A stretch of DNA of 64,000 bases. Origin: Octopus vulgaris (taxonomy: Eukaryota). Positions 61,933 through 64,000 of this stretch are shown one piece after another. The translations under genes were made by a program, and so were the position numbers. Below the pieces are notes generated by a model. That model did not search any database. It saw only the letters and a program-made list of their open reading frames with translations, and was not told where the DNA came from. The DNA lies in contig OX597820.1 of the NCBI GenBank assembly GCA_951406725.2, positions 99,200,001-99,264,000 of the forward strand, in the 5' to 3' direction. Numbering within the stretch: position 1 is the first letter of the stretch; every line of letters begins with the position of its first letter.

Positions 61933-62459
61933 CTAGGGTTATGAATTGATAGAATTGCTGCTAGAGCCATGGACAGAACACCTTTTAATATTTCAGCTCT
62001 TTATGTTGAGAGTTCAAATTCTGCTGAGGTCAGATTTGTATTTCGTTTTTATAAGTTTGGTAATATAAAGCACAAGTCAAGTACTGGGAGTTGATGTAAT
62101 CAGCTAAAACCCTTCCTTCAAAATTACTGTCCTCGTGCCTGAATTAAAAACAGTTATTATTTATAAGGTGAAGGTGATGAACTGACTGAATTATTAAGGC
62201 ATCAGAGAATAAATACCTTGCAGTATTTGTCCCAGCTCTTTCTGTTCTGAGTTCAAAGCTTGCCAGGGTCAACTTTGCCTTTCATTCTTTCAATGTGGTC
62301 AATGATACTGACTACACCCCACCTCCAACTCAAAATTATGGGCATTGTGCCAAAATCTGAGACCATTATTAATAGGGTATTGAAGGCAGCAACCTGGCAT
62401 TTTGTCTGTCCTTATGCTCTGATTTCAAATTATTTCTTGGGATCAACTTTGCCTTTCTT

Positions 62460-62831
62460 TTACTCTCTCTCTTTTACTTGTTTCAGTCATTTGACTGCGG
62501 CCATACTGGAGCACCGCCTTTAGTTGAGCAAATCGACCCCGGGAATTATTCTTTGTAAGCCCAGTACTTATTCTATCGGTCTCTTTTGCCAAACCGCTAA
62601 GTGACGGGGATGTAAACACACCAGCATCGGTTGTCAAGCAATGCCAGGAGGACAAACACACACATATATACATATATACGATAGGCTTCTTTCAGTTTCC
62701 GTCTACCAAATCTACTCAAGGTATTGGTCAGCCCGAGGCTATAGCAGAAGACACTTGCCCAAGATGCCACGCAGTGGGACTGAACCCAGAACCATGTGGT
62801 TGGTAAGCAAGCTACTTACCACACAGCGCCT
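62460..62831 (-). mobile_element. family A SINE
   Basis: Full-length match. Confidence 0.85.
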
Positions 62832-63054
62832 ATATTTTGGGGTTAATAAAATAAATACCAGTTCAGTATTGGAGTTGATTTAATAGACTTAGCCCCACCT
62901 AACAAATTTCTTTGTAGCAAAATTTGAAACTTATTAATTGGCCATTGAAATGGCAGAATCATGAGAATGCTGATCAAAATGCCTTGTGATATTTAGTTAC
63001 AGCTCTTAACATTCTGAGCTAATATCCTGCTGAAGTCAACTTTGCAAAGGATAA

Positions 63055-64000
63055 GCACCCACTTCTGTTTAGTGGTTGACCAAGTCATTTATACACATTC
63101 ACTTGTGTTGGTGGGTAGGGTCCTTCACTGCTATCACTTGGATTTATACCATAGTGATATGCTTGTTTCAATTATGCTTTCTGAACGTAAATGGCAAACT
63201 TCCCTTGCAATGAAGTTTGGATCATCACTGCTGAATTGCCTTGATTTGGTAGCAATTGGCTTACATCATGGAGACAAGTTTGGAAAAGAGTGGATCTTCT
63301 GTTTTTGCTACCATTACAAAAATTATCAGCACCATCTACAGTTAATTCTGACTATTTCACTCACAGATGTTTACACAGCAATTCTTGACTAATTATCAGA
63401 TCAGAACACATGTATCTCAAAACACCAAACTGTATAGCAATGTATGTATGGTTATTAAGGTCAAAGGTTAGGTTCACAACAATACTAGCTTTTTTTGGAG
63501 CTAATATTTGATGTTTTCTGAGCCATAGAGATGTCCCTACTGAATGGGAGAACCTCTAAATTTAGCTTCCACACTGCTTCCTTGCTATCAGTGCTTTAGG
63601 AACCCAAGATAGTACTTGACATTTTTCTATACACAATCACGTTTCATCTTGCATTGATTCATGGTCAGTGTGTTTGAATTGACTGAAATTGAGGAGGCTT
63701 TAGATTCACACAAACAAGCATTATTTCCTTTGAAATAGTCATTGCTAGTAAGTCTTGCATGCTAGACAGATATCTTGTAAATTGTAAGAGATACCACACA
63801 TACACAAAAAAAAATTGTCTTATCTTGTGAATGGCAGCCATAGTTGGCTTCCCAAGGTACACTATTGCAGCTGTATAGGCACTGGGATTGCATACACAGT
63901 ATTGTACTAAGCTACATCTACTGCAAGTCCAGTGTTTCATATCCTCTGTGGTGTGCATGGTTAGTGAGACTATGTTGGTAATGAACACATCATGCAGTGC
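63055..64000 (-). mobile_element. heavily decayed Ty3/gypsy remnant (gag-PR-start of RT), running off the window end
   Basis: Minus strand 63149-63265 reads CKPIATKSRQFSSDDPNFIAREVCHLRSESIIETSISLW, a typical start of a gypsy RT domain. Confidence 0.65.

Noticed and set aside
61182-61944. Long overlapping ORFs (190-230 aa) and a CRISPR-like periodic array
   Set aside because: The 'spacers' are themselves repeated, there are no cas genes, and the context is eukaryotic. The ORFs are stop-free readings of a tandem RTE-UTR unit.

Overview
AT-rich, repeat-dense animal genomic DNA. The tRNA-SINE families, RTE 3' fragments ending in (GAT)n and (AT)n/(AC)n microsatellites look like an octopus/coleoid cephalopod genome (inferred from memory of these repeats). 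The only host protein-coding gene I can support is a + strand SAP30/SAP30L orthologue (Sin3-HDAC subunit, 175 aa). Its four coding exons are 42844-43023, 46568-46690, 50997-51095 and 53974-54099, and its untranslated first exon lies somewhere upstream. The rest is transposon debris: a decayed mariner, a decayed CR1-type LINE, two Ty3/gypsy remnants, RTE 3' ends, several SINE families, and hAT-, piggyBac-, mariner- and Merlin-like MITEs, often nested with readable target-site duplications (TSDs). The most interesting observations are: (1) a TSD-bounded ~2-kb retroelement encoding only a zinc-knuckle ORF1 (no RT), sharing a co-varying 3' stem-loop with a SINE family; (2) minimal hammerhead ribozymes, one pair inside a perfect 73-bp palindrome; (3) a SINE and a CR1 LINE sharing a 3' tail; (4) a 20-bp collapsed MITE with an intact 8-bp TSD; (5) a Cys-to-Ser change in the SAP30 zinc-finger CC motif. 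Most ORFs in the supplied track are repeat-derived noise. All coordinates and alignments were made by eye.
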